Notes: generated by a model not told the origin, from the letters alone. A stretch of DNA of 64,000 nt from Cladosporium halotolerans (GCF_011745625.1 NW_027191476.1:186001-250000); one strand, 5' to 3'; counted from the first letter of the stretch, positions 21,438 to 33,441 are shown. Numbers and translations are program-made.

Positions 21438-22090
21438 TGGGAGGGGGGAATGGGATTTCTTTGGTCTTGATTGATTGCGATTGGATTGGATTGGATTGGA
21501 CTGAGCGGTCTGAAGCAGCGCTGGCGTTTGGGAGGTTTGTTTCTGATTTGGTTGACTTTCTTGTTTTGATCTGGGGTTCTCGTTTTGCGGTCCATCGAGA
21601 GACGACTCTAGATTGATCGGAAGGGCGGAGGACGGTCTTGTAAATTCTGTTTTTCAGAGATTCGGACTTGTTGTAGATACAAACGGCCTTTGATGCTTTA
21701 CTAGCCCTCGCAGCCAAGGTGCGTGCCTAGAACTTGGGAAATGCAATTGATGTTATGAAAACCTGCTGTTTTAGTCGAAATACAAATATCTCTCGTGACC
21801 TCTCTTCCATTGATTCAATTTATTTCATTTCGCACTGCTTCACTTCGCATGCTGAGCTCCCAAAGATGAGAACCTCATCCTCTGGGGCATTCTTTGTTAT
21901 ACATTTTCGTTGTTCACGTTTCCACATCATTGAAGAAGGTAAAAGAAAAAGCAACTCTGTCTGAAGCGAGTATAAGACAGAAGGCAAGCCACCTCCCATC
22001 CCTTCCCGCCACAACAAGCCAGCCAAATGAACCGCCCAGCGATCCACACCATCATATCATCACATCCTCCCACAATCTCGAAACCAGGAA

Positions 22091-22740
22091 TCACTTAGAC
22101 TTCGGCGCCTCCTCCTCCTCAACGCTGCCGGTAGTACCAGCAGACGAGGCGGTGCTCATCTTCTCGAGCTCGGTGTCCTTGTCATAGGCGGCACCGGCAG
22201 CGCCGTGCAATTCCTCGTCGAACTCGATGACCTCCGGGTCGACGGCCTCGAACTTGGACTTGAAGAGGTTGTGGCCGGCGGCGGCGCTGAAGCTGTTGGT
22301 GCGGCGGCGCGGGTTGGTCGGGTTGTAGGCGTAGTCTTCGAGCTCGGAGAGGCCGGCGGCGCCCCTGTGGAAGGTGGGTGTTAGCTGGTGAGGTGGGGTG
22401 GAGGTGAGAGGGAGGGTTGAGGGGCGGATTGAAGCTCACCAGTTGCCTTTGCCACCGCCCTGCTTCTTGGTGTTGGACGGGGACTCGCCGGCGTATCCGG
22501 ATTTGCCGAAGTACTTAGGGAGGTGCTCTTCTGGGGCGGCGGTGCCGTTGGCGAGGCCGACGTGGTCACGGTCAGTGGCTTTGTGGCTACGAGTCACTGG
22601 AGGGGGATATTAGTTGTGTTCTGTGAGGCATTGGGAGGTGCGGGAGTTGCGGGTGTATGTTCGTGAGCTCGTGAGAGCTTCGGTGGAATGAAGCGATGTT
22701 TGTTGTGCATCAGCAAGGGTTTTGTCGGGTGAGACTCACT
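22091..22740 (-). CDS. Stf2/Tma10-like small hydrophilic protein; exons 22740 (1 coding nt), 22596-22440, 22364-22091
   Basis: Spliced product MTRSHKATDRDH..LPKYFGKSG..TKKQGGGKGNWG..RRRTNS..FKSKFE matches STF2 family motifs. Two canonical introns (GTGAGT..CTAAT..CCAG; GTGAGC..CTAAC..ACAG). Confidence 0.85.
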
Positions 22741-24140
22741 GTTCGGGTGTTTGTTTAAGTGAGGAGGGTGGCGGTGATGGAGAGATGTTCGGCGGAGGAG
22801 TTTGATGTTCGGCGAGAGGGTGTTGCAATGGAGGTGGATGTCGAGGAGACAAAGAGGAGGGATGGCAGTGTCGAGCTGCGGTCTAGATAAGGCTTGCAGG
22901 TAGGCGGGTAGCTGCTGGCGAGCTGCTCGCGTGACCGGCGATCAACAAAGGCCCGACGTTGTTACGACAGGCAGGCACGCCCGACACGCACCCGCCGATG
23001 ACTCCGCGTTACCTTACACATGCGGCGGATTGCGTGCGATACGGCAATCGCAGCGCCGTCTGGATGGGACAATCTCGGCGGGCGATGGCAAGTGGACTGA
23101 TGATGCTCTGCCCTGCCTCACCGGACGGAGCCCGCCTTCAAGTCACGCGGACGGCGACAGCCCCAGCCCAGCTCAAGCTTTCCGCTGGCCCTCGACCACC
23201 AAACGTGACTCGACAACCGCCAGCCTCCGAGTGCGGATCGCCCAGGCACCCCAGGCACAGACAGCTGTCATTAGCCGTGCAAAACTATGCCTTGCCGACG
23301 CAATCAGCGTGGGATATGGCATTAGAGACGCCTCATCTCAATGGCCTGTCGTGCTGCCAGAAGGCGTGCAGTGTGCACTCCGCCCCACTCCAGCTGCACC
23401 CCACGTTTTGTGGCCCCTGTCTCCAATGCCTTCTGACGTACGCCTTCATTCTCGTGTTTCGCTTTGAGAGGCACACCAACCCGAGTCGTGATTGCATGCG
23501 AGTCACAGTTTATCGCTATCACAGTCATGCTACACCCCACTTCGAGGCTCCAGAATCTCCATCTACACAGCCTCCCGGCGGGCCTGATATCCACCTTCTG
23601 GCTTCTTCCAGAGCATCCCAATGGCCGGCCGTGCGCGCACACGCGAGCTACCCCACGCTGCGCTATCCCGCTTAAGGCTTGATAGAGCTGCATGCCTTGT
23701 GCGATGCCTGAAAGCAACTTGATTGAACAACGCCTCCTGCACGGTAGTGAGAGCCTGGTGCAAACAACGGTAGCCTTACTGCAGGGCCGTCTTGCCCATC
23801 GTTTCACGACGACACCCTTCAAAACGCATCCGACCGATTTCCTCAAGTATCCACGTGGGGAGGGATTCAGTGTTGGCCATTATTATTGAGCGCCGCCAAA
23901 AAGTTTTGGGCGTGTCGAACGTAGACCTGGAAATTGCCACACGATCTAACGGCAGGTGCGAACTTTTCTAATGAACCCTAGGTTGCCGGCAAAGCCCCAA
24001 CTAGTGGCCAAGACACTGGACGGATGAAATGTAGCAGATGAATGCCCTTCATGGGTTGAGTTGTTGAGCATTTGGTAGGAAACGAGCCAACAGCCCGCCA
24101 CTCCATCATCCAAGAGACCCACATACTAATCTCCGCTCCC

Positions 24141-25739
24141 TCAATACCAACTCCCCTCAAACCTCTTCACAACACTCCCCGCCTCCACACAAGTCTTGAT
24201 CGTCTCATACACCAAGCTGGACGGACACTCCCTCCCCGTCAAACACCCCGCGACCCTCCCCGCCGTCTCCTTCCCGTCCTCCCACGCCCCCTGCACATAC
24301 CCGAACATCTCCCTACTATTCGACTCGCCCGTGAAAACCACCTCCTTGCGCTTCCCCACCGGCTGCCGCAGATTCCAATGGTGCTGGTCCAGCTGGCCCA
24401 GCGGCCAATTCGAATAGCTGCCCATGTACAGGGGATCCAGATCCCACCTCGGGACCAAGATGTCCAGCGGCTCCGGCACGTCGGGCCCGTAAATCTCGCG
24501 CAGCTTGAGCATCGCCTCGGCCCGCACGTCCTCGTCCGGCATGCGCGCGACGCGCCGCGCCTCGGCGTCCACGTGCGTGTTGAACAGGATGTACCCGTCC
24601 CGGGAGCCGTTGAAGAAGCCCTCCGCGTTCAGGTTCTGCCACACGGGCCAGCGGCCGCGCACCTCCGGGTCGGCGTAGTACGTGAACTGCTCCGGGCCCC
24701 AGAAGGCGCGGTCGAAGAGGAGGAAGATCTTCTGGTAGACGGCCATGCCGAAGCTGAAGATGGCCTCCTGCTTCCATTCGGGGAGGGGAGGGGTCCATTT
24801 GACGCGGTCGTCTTGCAGGACGCCGATGCTGAGGGTCGAGACGACGTGCTTGCGCGCGGCGAAGAGGCCGCGGTTCGTGTGGACGAGGCGGGAAGGCGAG
24901 GAGGGGGACCAGTTGATTTCCGTCACGGTGGTGTCGAGGTGCAGGCGCTGGGAGGCCGGGGACCCGGCGGCGGCGGCGAGCGCGGCGTTGAGCTCCTCGA
25001 CGAAAATGTGCTTGTAGCCGCGCTGGTCGATGACGAGCTGCTCCGGCTCGTCGGCGCCGACGTAGTCCTCCTGCTCGAAGGCGTTGTACAGGCTGCAGAC
25101 CTGGGGCGGCTGCGCGGTGGTGAAGTCGACGTTGACCCACTCGTACAGGCGCTGCAGGGCGGTCTTCGGCCGCCAGCCCAGCATGCTCAGCCCCGTGCGC
25201 GCCGTCAGGTCGACCTCCATGTCGTCGAGCCGGTTTTGGATGAAGTCGAGGATGCGCGAGGAGATGTCGTCGTAGAGGGTGGCGAGGCCCGAGGCGTCGA
25301 TGTCGACGAACTTGCCGGCCGCGACGTCGACGGTGTCGGCCTCGTCGACGCCGCGGCGCCCTTCGAACCACGTTCGGTTGTCGTAGTCCTGTGGTGCGGT
25401 CTGCAGGTTGTATTTCTTCGCCAGCTTGGTAATGTTCTGACGCCGCGGGCCCTGGATCCAGTTGCAGCCCTTCTCGACTTTCGTCACATGGCCGGTCTTC
25501 GGGTTCGTCAGGCTCTCCGTGTGCGCGCGCCCGCCGGGCTCAGAGCGCGCTTCGAGGATCAGGAAGTCGGTGATGTTGTGCTCAAGGGCGAGCTCGCGGG
25601 CCACTGCTATACCGGAGATGCCTGCGCCGATAATGATCACGTCTGCTGTGGCGACGGGTTGTTGATCGGAAGGCAATGCGGCGCTCCAAGCTGTTTTGGC
25701 CGCGGCCAAGGCATAGAGGAGAGAGGAAAGGCGAGCCAT
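24141..25739 (-). CDS. Secreted flavin-dependent amine (polyamine) oxidase
   Basis: Signal peptide. IIIGAGISG Rossmann motif, LEARSEPGGR, GCNWIQG, YQKIFL, RWDLDPLYMGSYSNW, FTGE..GYVQGA. Confidence 0.92.
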   Translation of the reverse strand: MARLSSLLYALAAAKTAWSAALPSDQQPVATADVIIIGAGISGIAVARELALEHNITDFLILEARSEPGGRAHTESLTNPKTGHVTKVEKGCNWIQGPRRQNITKLAKKYNLQTAPQDYDNRTWFEGRRGVDEADTVDVAAGKFVDIDASGLATLYDDISSRILDFIQNRLDDMEVDLTARTGLSMLGWRPKTALQRLYEWVNVDFTTAQPPQVCSLYNAFEQEDYVGADEPEQLVIDQRGYKHIFVEELNAALAAAAGSPASQRLHLDTTVTEINWSPSSPSRLVHTNRGLFAARKHVVSTLSIGVLQDDRVKWTPPLPEWKQEAIFSFGMAVYQKIFLLFDRAFWGPEQFTYYADPEVRGRWPVWQNLNAEGFFNGSRDGYILFNTHVDAEARRVARMPDEDVRAEAMLKLREIYGPDVPEPLDILVPRWDLDPLYMGSYSNWPLGQLDQHHWNLRQPVGKRKEVVFTGESNSREMFGYVQGAWEDGKETAGRVAGCLTGRECPSSLVYETIKTCVEAGSVVKRFEGSWY

Positions 25740-26695
25740 CTCTTTGGACCACACCCCGTCCTAGATTTATGTGATATGTATATTTTACCCGTCCCGCCCA
25801 GCACAAGGCAAATCGTCTCTGCCAAACCCTTCAAACTCGTGCAAACGAAAAAGCAAGCAAGAAGAAACACCTACCTCTCTCCATCGCGCAGCGATAAGAG
25901 CCTGCACCTTTATAGGCCCGCCGTTAGTAGGCACCGCATCACGCGGCCGCCGAAACGCAGTGCGACGGTCGTACGCAGTCGTCCAGACGGCGCGTGAGTA
26001 GGGCGATAATCGTGCAGCGCTAGCCAGCCCAGCCAGCGCGCCCCGCAAGACCTTTGCCCGCCTGAGATACCACGCTGCCCCGAAGAGGAAAGTCCAGCCT
26101 GAGGGCTTGCAATACTGTGCATATCGCAGTCTGCGGCGATCGCCACGAGGGCAAAGGCAAGGTTCGTCTGTAGAGTTTGGATGCTGAAGATACGGGCGAA
26201 AGCACGCGTGAGGCTGGAGATAAAGGCGCGCGGTGGCCCACATGGCGGCTGCGGACCCCGCAGATTGATGGCTGGGGCGGAGGCTTCTTTTCGGCGAGAG
26301 CTTTGCGGTGGCCGAAGGAATTGCCTTTTTGGAGAAAGTGTTCGATGTCGATAACCTTTGCTACACAAAATCCGAGAGGCTGAATGTACGTAAAAGTAAG
26401 GCGCGCGTGCCGTGGTGTGACGTGCCTGTGAGCGAGTTTGCGTCGAGGGATTGAACGAACGCGTTGAAAGATGAATTGTTGCACTCAAGTTGAACAGGGT
26501 ATCTAGCAATTATACCATCAATGCCTCCAGACGAGCGACCGACGGTGCGTGGAGTTTTCATCCGTGTGCATTACCTCGTCTCCGAAAATTCCGCCCTCCG
26601 TCCGTCCCTTCAACTCCGTTGTCACCATGTCCCAAAAGGCAAAATCAATATCTTGTGTCAAATATCTGGTCGTGTAAGGCGGACAGTAACGCCGC

Positions 26696-28166
26696 TCATT
26701 GTTTGGCGGGCTCGCCTTGGGCAGACGCTTCAGCGTCTTCTCTCGTATCCTCTTCGCCTTCGCGCTTGTCTTGCCAATCGCTACTTCGCCTGCTCACTAT
26801 TCCGCTCGTGCTCGGCTGTCTGTTTCCGGGACTCGCCAGAGGTGATCCGATGCTTCCCGGGATGCTGTCATTCCTGCCGTGACCCAGTGCGCCCGAGCGA
26901 ATGCTACCTTCATAGTTCCGCAACGAACGAGCATCCATGCTCTTTGCGTCGTTGATGCTGCGGGCGTCGTACTGAGAACGAGCGTCGAGGCCTGTGACGC
27001 TTCGGAGGGACTTGGCGTCGCTGATATCTTTTCTGGGACCGGCGTAGTAGCTGTTCCTCTCGCTAGGCGCCGTAACGCCGTGGCCACTGTAAACGCTGGC
27101 GCGCTCCGCAGAGGCAATGCCGCCTATAGACGGGCGCGAGATGGATGCGGAATACAAGCCGGTCGTGCTTGCCCTGTCATTCGCTTCTGCGTTGCCTGAG
27201 AGAACACTTAAAGGCAACGATTCGCGGCTGCCACCCCATACTGATGCTGGTGCCAATGCGCGGACGGAGGCGTCTTCATCCATGCTGCGACGACGGCGCT
27301 TTGACGATGACGCCAGAGTGACAATGCTCGCGTCGTCAGAAAGCAGATTTGCTTGCTGTGTTTCGGTGGTGAGGTGGCGGGGTATGGCAGATGCAGTATT
27401 GACAGCCGAAGGTGCGGGAGAGACGGGGTATTGGTGGCTGAACATTACAGCGGGTTGACCAGCGTGCTGATTGTGCGCGTTGTGGCCAGAAGTGTGAGGT
27501 TGCTGCAAAGTGGTTGCAGGAGAGGTGGACTGAATCGTAGTAAGGGTGGTAGTAAGCGATCGATCGCTGTGATTGGGCGAGCTGAAGGTACTCCCGTTCC
27601 CTGCACCATCGATGCTACTCAGCGCTCCTCCTGCTGTTGTGCTCGTGAAAGCCTTACTGTGCCCAGCGTCGCTGTGGACGGTATCCGGGTTTGTGGCTAC
27701 TGTGGGTGCCGCGCTCCTGTTACATGGATTGTGCTTGTCCTCTTGTATAGGCCCCGAGATGACACTACTGCCGTCATCATTCCGTGGATTTGTAGGTGTC
27801 GCAAAGGACAGCTGCCCATCCCGACTGCTGCGCGGCGACTGCTGGCGCACAAAGCCGGACTGAGGATAAGGATTGTTCTTAACGTTGTCGCTCCCGGATG
27901 AACCTTTTTTATACTTTCCACCAGTCAATGCGTTGCCCGTCTTCTTGTCCTTGCCGTTGCTGCCATGCTGGTCGCCGCCTTTCAAGTTCGTCAAGCGCTT
28001 GACCCACGATGCGAATGGGCGACGCTTGCTCGTCCGTTCTGTGACGTCTGTCAGCTTCCAATGCGCGCGAATGGTTGTCTCCCCTGACTGAGGATGAAGA
28101 GACCTTCGGGGTAAATGAGGGGTCGTGCGTACCTTGCGATCTGGGAGCGACATCTGCGGCGGCCAT
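26696..28166 (-). CDS. Ser/Thr-rich disordered fungal protein of unknown function; exons 28166-28133, 28038-26696
   Basis: Intron 28132-28039 (GTACGC..CTGAC..ACAG) joins MAAADVAPRSQ-E-RTSKRRPFASWVKRL. Total length is 459 codons. Blocks SLTTTLTTIQS, DDASIVTLASSSKRRRRSMD, SVRALAP.S.WGGSRESLPLSVLS. Confidence 0.85.
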
Positions 28167-28925
28167 AGCGCGAAAAGGTGTGTGCGTCGGTCTTCCAGAC
28201 GACGAATAGCTGTCGAAGCGCTCAATTGTCCACTTCCTGGCGCGCAAAGGTGTTTCCTGGTGTCTGCGGTCACGCTCGGGTAGCTCCAGTTGCAATGACG
28301 CAGTTGTCGCTTGTATTTCCCACTCGGGCAGCTGACAGTGAATGTGGTGTGAAAGTTGGGCAGGGTCGAGAAATGGCGGCGCAATCAGGTGGATTGAAGG
28401 TGGAGGTACTGGCGTGGTCTGTAGCGAGGACGGCGCGCGTTGGAGGATGAAACAAAGAAACGTGACGTGTTGTCACGGGCGCGCGAAGGTTGGGCAGAGG
28501 CACGGCGGGTGATACAGGGCTCCAGGTACAAAGCGGGCGGCCGTGCTGGAGCTGGAGACGAGGCCTGGAGCTGCCGATCGTCCCTGCGCCTCCGCACGGA
28601 TGGCGCCTGCTCCCGGTGCTTGGAGGAGAGGCTTGGCCGTCTTGAGCCGTTGCAGACATGTGACTTCACCTTGCAAGTACGCAGTGCCTTTCACTTCGAC
28701 GTTGTTATTCTCGCTGCACGCAGCATGAGACTACTTCACTTCAAATCGTTTGATAACAGCTGCTCACACACGTCTCCCAGGGACTGAGACAACGCGCAAC
28801 CCCAATGTCGGCCCGCGTTGCTGTCTCACCTTGCCACAATAGAAAGTGGGTGCCCCCGTGACAGGCTGTGTGAAGATTGCTTGTCTGTCAAAGCCAGAGG
28901 AACCTACGCCGCTTTGGCATCACAA

Positions 28926-31900
28926 ATGCCACCGCGCATCTTGCCTTTGTCCGAGGATGCGATCTCTCAGATTCATTCTTCCAAGCAAATCACCAGCCTG
29001 TCAGGCGTGGTGCTTGCCTTACTGGAAAATGCCCTAGACGCCGGCGCAACCAAGATCGAGATATCGGTCGATTTCTCCCGCGGAAGCTGCACGCTCGAAG
29101 ACAATGGCACCGGTATCCCTCTTGCAGAATTTCGCGAGGATGGAGGACTTGGTAAAATGCACCACACGTCGAAGGCATCGGCCGAAGACCCGCTCCACGG
29201 CACTGCGGGATCGTATCTTGTATCGCTCGCATCACTGTCTCTCGTCGGCATAAACTCGCGGCATTGTACTGAAGATGTAAGTGCGAACTTGTCAATGCAT
29301 CAAGGACGAGTGATATCCCGCCAAATACCTTCATCTCCTGCCAATGAAATGATCACTTTCCCTTCCGGAACTCGTGTTGTCGTTCGTGATTTGTTCGGCA
29401 ACATGCCGGTGCGAGTCAAGCAACGAGCTTTGGCTAGCGCATCTGGTGCAGATGAGAGACCTTGGTTCGAGCTGAAGCGGGATGTTGCAGCGCTGCTCCT
29501 AGCATGGAGGGCACCCTGCTCCGTCAAGCTAAGAGACATCGAAAACCAAGGCCGTAAGATCATACTTTCTGGCACTCACTCTTCTGTCTCGTCCTCTCTT
29601 ACCGAGAAAAATCTAAACGTTCTCCACTACGGAACGAGAAAGTATGACTTGAGAGATTCTTTCCCTGTCCTCTTTCAAGCCGGACTGGCACCGTTCGAGA
29701 GCCGAAAGCACTGGGTACCCATCTCGGCTTCCACTTCGAAGATATCATGCCAAGGGATGATATGTCTTGATCCTGCTCCGACTCGGCTATGCCAATTTGT
29801 CAGCATCGGAATACATCCATGCTCAACTGCCAGCGGCCATAGCACCATCTACGAGTCTGTCAACAAGGTCTTTTCGGATAGCAGCTTTGGTCTCGTTGAA
29901 GCTACATCTCAGGCGCAGCATGCGCAAGCAAAGGCACTGAGGTCAGAAAATGCGCCGTCAAGTATTGTCCGGGCAAGCAAAGGTGTCGACCGCTGGCCCA
30001 TGTTCATCTTGCAATTAAAGTTCCAGGACTGTCCTGCAGATGTTCCTCGCGAGACAAACGAACAGCAGCTAAAGGCGATCATCGAAGTGCTTCAGGCGGT
30101 GGCAAGGGAATGGTTAACGGCAAACAATTTTCGACCACGGATGAATTTGAAGCGACACCGTGGCGATCGCTTAGCTACGAAAGAATCTCTTGACTCGTCT
30201 TTGCAGTCAGCTCAGGAAAATCTGCTAGATCTCCGGCGTACCTCAGTGACTCCGTCCAATTCTGCAATCCTTGATGGCGGGTATTTCCAAGAGAGAAAAA
30301 AGCAGCGAAGCGGCCTGTCATCTGGAAATACGACGCGTCTCGATTCGTATGCAACAAGGACGGAAGGTCTAGACTCTGACATCGAGCGTCTAAGTAGAAT
30401 CAAAAGCAGCAGGAGAATCGACACCGGGTCTGGAGGCGCTTCTGGCCTGCCAAAACATCACATTGGTCCATCCGGCGGTGCCGATCTCGCCAGCAACTCG
30501 CCTATCTCAAGTAATTTTCCTTTTGCCATGCCGACTCTGGAACCCGGTGCTTTCGGTCCTGCCAGCAAAAGTTTACTGGAGGCTGGCAGAGCATCTTCAG
30601 AGCCTGCGTCTCAAGGCTCTGCCATCGCAAGATCAGGAGTGAGAGGTGATCCGAGCGATGACTTCGGCAGCGTCAGCGATACGGATTTGCTTACAGCCGC
30701 CGCTTGGACAGAGCAGCCGGTCGAGAGTCTGCTGTCTCATGGATATGGTGAGGCAAGTCGGGCTTTGGATGATACAATTAGTTGGCAAGATCCAATCACA
30801 AAACAAGCTTTGAGGGTCAATTGTCGTACCGGGGCGTTTCTGCCTGCCGACGACCGACCAGGCACCAGCCTGACTGAACGCTCCAAGCGGCCGAATACCA
30901 CGAGTATGGCTACAACTCCCGCCGGTAGACCATTGACAATTTCCGGGCGAGCAAGTTCAGCTACAGAGAGGACCTCTGATTTTGTCGTACCGGGCTTCTT
31001 AAAAGAATGGCAGAACCCGGTTTTCTCACGGCAGTCCGAACAAGGCATACCCGTTGCCTCACTTGCTGGGCCAGTCATGCAGTCTTCAATCTTGGAAATG
31101 CATCGTTTTGGCGCTAGAGAAGTGTCAGATTACTTCTCAGCATCTGGATTAGGGACACAAAGCAAACTGTCTAAGCAGAGCTTACAACATGCGAAGGTCA
31201 TCAATCAGGTTGACGCTAAATTCATCTTGTGCTCAATGGGCCCATCGAACGAAGCAACAGAAAAACACACACTTGTGCTCGTTGACCAGCACGCCGCGTC
31301 AGAACGCGTTATTCTGGAAACCCTACTCACTGATCTCAGTACCCCTGTCGATCCAACTTCTCCTGCCGCCAGCTTCCGGTCGAACACAAACAGTCGTTCA
31401 GAAATCTCCACCAATCTCCTCGAGCAGCCCATCGTCTTCGAAGTCTCTGCCGAAGAAAGCACTCTTTTCCTCTCTCACGCCGGACACTTCGCTCAACACG
31501 GCATCCTATACGACCTGCACATCATCAAACGAACAAGACAGCACCACTCCGTCGCCGTCCGCACTCTACCGCCAGGCATCGCAGAGCGCTGCCGCCTCTT
31601 CCCCAAATTGCTCATCGACCTTCTCCGTTCGGAGGTCTGGTCTCGAGTCGAAGCCGGCAAGCAATCCGCTCCTAAGACTTCGGCAGCAGATCGAAACAAT
31701 GAGAGTACTCATCCATGGCTCGAGCGACTCGGCTCTTGCCCAAAAGGTCTCTTGGACATGCTGAACTCGCGAGCGTGTCGATCCGCCGTCATGTTCAACG
31801 ACGAGCTGAGTCCGGCGGAGTGCCAGGACTTGCTGCAGCAACTCGCGGATTGCGCGTTTCCTTTCATGTGTGCACACGGCAGGGTTAGCATGGTTCCCAT

Positions 31901-32060
31901 TGGGGAGATCGAGGGGTGTGGAGTGGAGGGTATGACCAGGGGTGCGGGCGGGCTCTTACAGCAGCGTAGGCAAAGTGCCGGGGAGGAGAGCTTCGTGAAT
32001 GCGTTCAGGAGCTGGAGGGAAAGAGTCACTGCAGGTGACAAAGATGACGACGTTACATGA
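28926..32060 (+). CDS. MLH3: MutL-gamma subunit Mlh3
   Basis: GHKL ATPase N-terminus (ENALDAGA, DNGTGI, GTRVVVRDLFGNMPVR). Endonuclease motif DQHAASERVILE, ACRSAVMFND and FPFMCAHGR near the C-terminus. Confidence 0.92.
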   Translation: MPPRILPLSEDAISQIHSSKQITSLSGVVLALLENALDAGATKIEISVDFSRGSCTLEDNGTGIPLAEFREDGGLGKMHHTSKASAEDPLHGTAGSYLVSLASLSLVGINSRHCTEDVSANLSMHQGRVISRQIPSSPANEMITFPSGTRVVVRDLFGNMPVRVKQRALASASGADERPWFELKRDVAALLLAWRAPCSVKLRDIENQGRKIILSGTHSSVSSSLTEKNLNVLHYGTRKYDLRDSFPVLFQAGLAPFESRKHWVPISASTSKISCQGMICLDPAPTRLCQFVSIGIHPCSTASGHSTIYESVNKVFSDSSFGLVEATSQAQHAQAKALRSENAPSSIVRASKGVDRWPMFILQLKFQDCPADVPRETNEQQLKAIIEVLQAVAREWLTANNFRPRMNLKRHRGDRLATKESLDSSLQSAQENLLDLRRTSVTPSNSAILDGGYFQERKKQRSGLSSGNTTRLDSYATRTEGLDSDIERLSRIKSSRRIDTGSGGASGLPKHHIGPSGGADLASNSPISSNFPFAMPTLEPGAFGPASKSLLEAGRASSEPASQGSAIARSGVRGDPSDDFGSVSDTDLLTAAAWTEQPVESLLSHGYGEASRALDDTISWQDPITKQALRVNCRTGAFLPADDRPGTSLTERSKRPNTTSMATTPAGRPLTISGRASSATERTSDFVVPGFLKEWQNPVFSRQSEQGIPVASLAGPVMQSSILEMHRFGAREVSDYFSASGLGTQSKLSKQSLQHAKVINQVDAKFILCSMGPSNEATEKHTLVLVDQHAASERVILETLLTDLSTPVDPTSPAASFRSNTNSRSEISTNLLEQPIVFEVSAEESTLFLSHAGHFAQHGILYDLHIIKRTRQHHSVAVRTLPPGIAERCRLFPKLLIDLLRSEVWSRVEAGKQSAPKTSAADRNNESTHPWLERLGSCPKGLLDMLNSRACRSAVMFNDELSPAECQDLLQQLADCAFPFMCAHGRVSMVPIGEIEGCGVEGMTRGAGGLLQQRRQSAGEESFVNAFRSWRERVTAGDKDDDVT

Positions 32061-32345
32061 TTATTTTCGGCATTCACAATCGTATCACCGCCCAGCTCGC
32101 TCGTCCCAGTGAAGTCTGCTACGCGCCGTTTGCTATCGCAAACGCACACCGCGTTTACATTCACCAGCGTTTACGTTCACCAGCACACTGAACCTTCGCG
32201 CAACGAAAGCCACCCTCTTGCGCAACACCAACTCTCCCACATCCGCTCTCCAAACGCAAAACACTCAATAACATCGATCCACCCAACCTCAAGACTCGAA
32301 AGGAAAAGCCCGTGCAACAGAAACTCCAAGCAAACGCCCTGGAAA

Positions 32346-33128
32346 ATGGCTCTCTCTTCGCTCCCCGCCATCGCCACATATCGTTCCCAGGACCCTCTAG
32401 CCTGCACGAAAACAGCCCTCTCGCCAGTCTACGGCATCTTCGTCACCGAACGCTCCTACCTCCTGGCCGTCCGCCGCGCGGCGCAGACATCCTACGCGCG
32501 CGCCCTGGCTCACCGCACCCTCGAACAGCGCGTCGAACAGCGCTTGCCGACTGAGCTAATCGACCACATCGCGGAGGAGATGGCGCTCACTGCGCACGCG
32601 GAAGCGGAAACGGTGTGGGAGGGCATGGACGGGAAGCAAGGCGAGTGGTGGGCCAAGTTCGCGGGAGGAATGGTGCACCGCCACGCGGACGGGGTCGTGG
32701 TGCGGTGCGTGGAGGTCACAGTTCCGCACGCGCGGACGAAGGTACGCACGAGGCGGTATGCGCATATCTCTATGAGATCCGGGGATGAGGGTGGAAGCAG
32801 CGGGCCGAGTGTGAAGGTGTTGGTGCCTGGCCACGTGCAAGCCAGCGGCGGCGCGGCGTTCAAGTATAGGAGCGCTGTTAAGGTGACGTGTCGGCCTGAG
32901 AACGGCGAGGAGTTGTCTGCAGTGGAGGTGGAGTCTGATATACTGGCGGAAGGTAGGGTGGATGGGCTGTTGCAGCTTGATGGGGTTGAGCAGGCGATGC
33001 AAGCTTGGGACCGCAATGTTGTTGAAGGATTTGTCAAGAAACTGCAATTGGAGACAGTTGCCGTCCCTGGCGAGGAGGATGGGTTGCAGCCGAGATTGAG
33101 GTTGTTGCAGGCTGTCAGCTGGGCGTGA
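32346..33128 (+). CDS. Hypothetical protein with internal F-box-like motif
   Basis: 260-codon ORF from AAAATGG with coding-like composition. RLPTELIDHIAEE resembles an F-box start. Confidence 0.65.
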   Translation: MALSSLPAIATYRSQDPLACTKTALSPVYGIFVTERSYLLAVRRAAQTSYARALAHRTLEQRVEQRLPTELIDHIAEEMALTAHAEAETVWEGMDGKQGEWWAKFAGGMVHRHADGVVVRCVEVTVPHARTKVRTRRYAHISMRSGDEGGSSGPSVKVLVPGHVQASGGAAFKYRSAVKVTCRPENGEELSAVEVESDILAEGRVDGLLQLDGVEQAMQAWDRNVVEGFVKKLQLETVAVPGEEDGLQPRLRLLQAVSWA

Positions 33129-33154
33129 GCGTCGGGGCGAGCAATGTTGGAGAA

Positions 33155-33293
33155 TCGGAGTGCCGGACTCGAGGTAGCTGCTTGCGCGTTTGTTGCTTCT
33201 AGGACGCTGTTTCTGGGCGTTTCGGAGTGCCGGACTCGAGGTAGCTGCTTGCGCGTTTGTTGCTTCTAGGACGCTGTTTTCTGGGCGTTTCGG
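33155..33293. repeat. Near-perfect 67-bp tandem duplication
   Basis: TCGGAGTGCCGGACTCGAGGTAGCTGCTTGCGCGTTTGTTGCTTCTAGGACGCTGTTT(T)CTGGGCGTT at 33155 and 33222. The copies differ by one T. Confidence 0.95.
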
Positions 33294-33441
33294 TGGTCAG
33301 GAATTCGCGCAGTCCTCGAATAGAGCACAAAGAATGGCGGGTCCCGAGATAGAGCAAAGAAGCATGGCGGACACACTTCCGCCACAACCCATCGCCTTGC
33401 CCTTCCGCCAACCCACCGCTATCCAACCCTTTCCCAATCCC

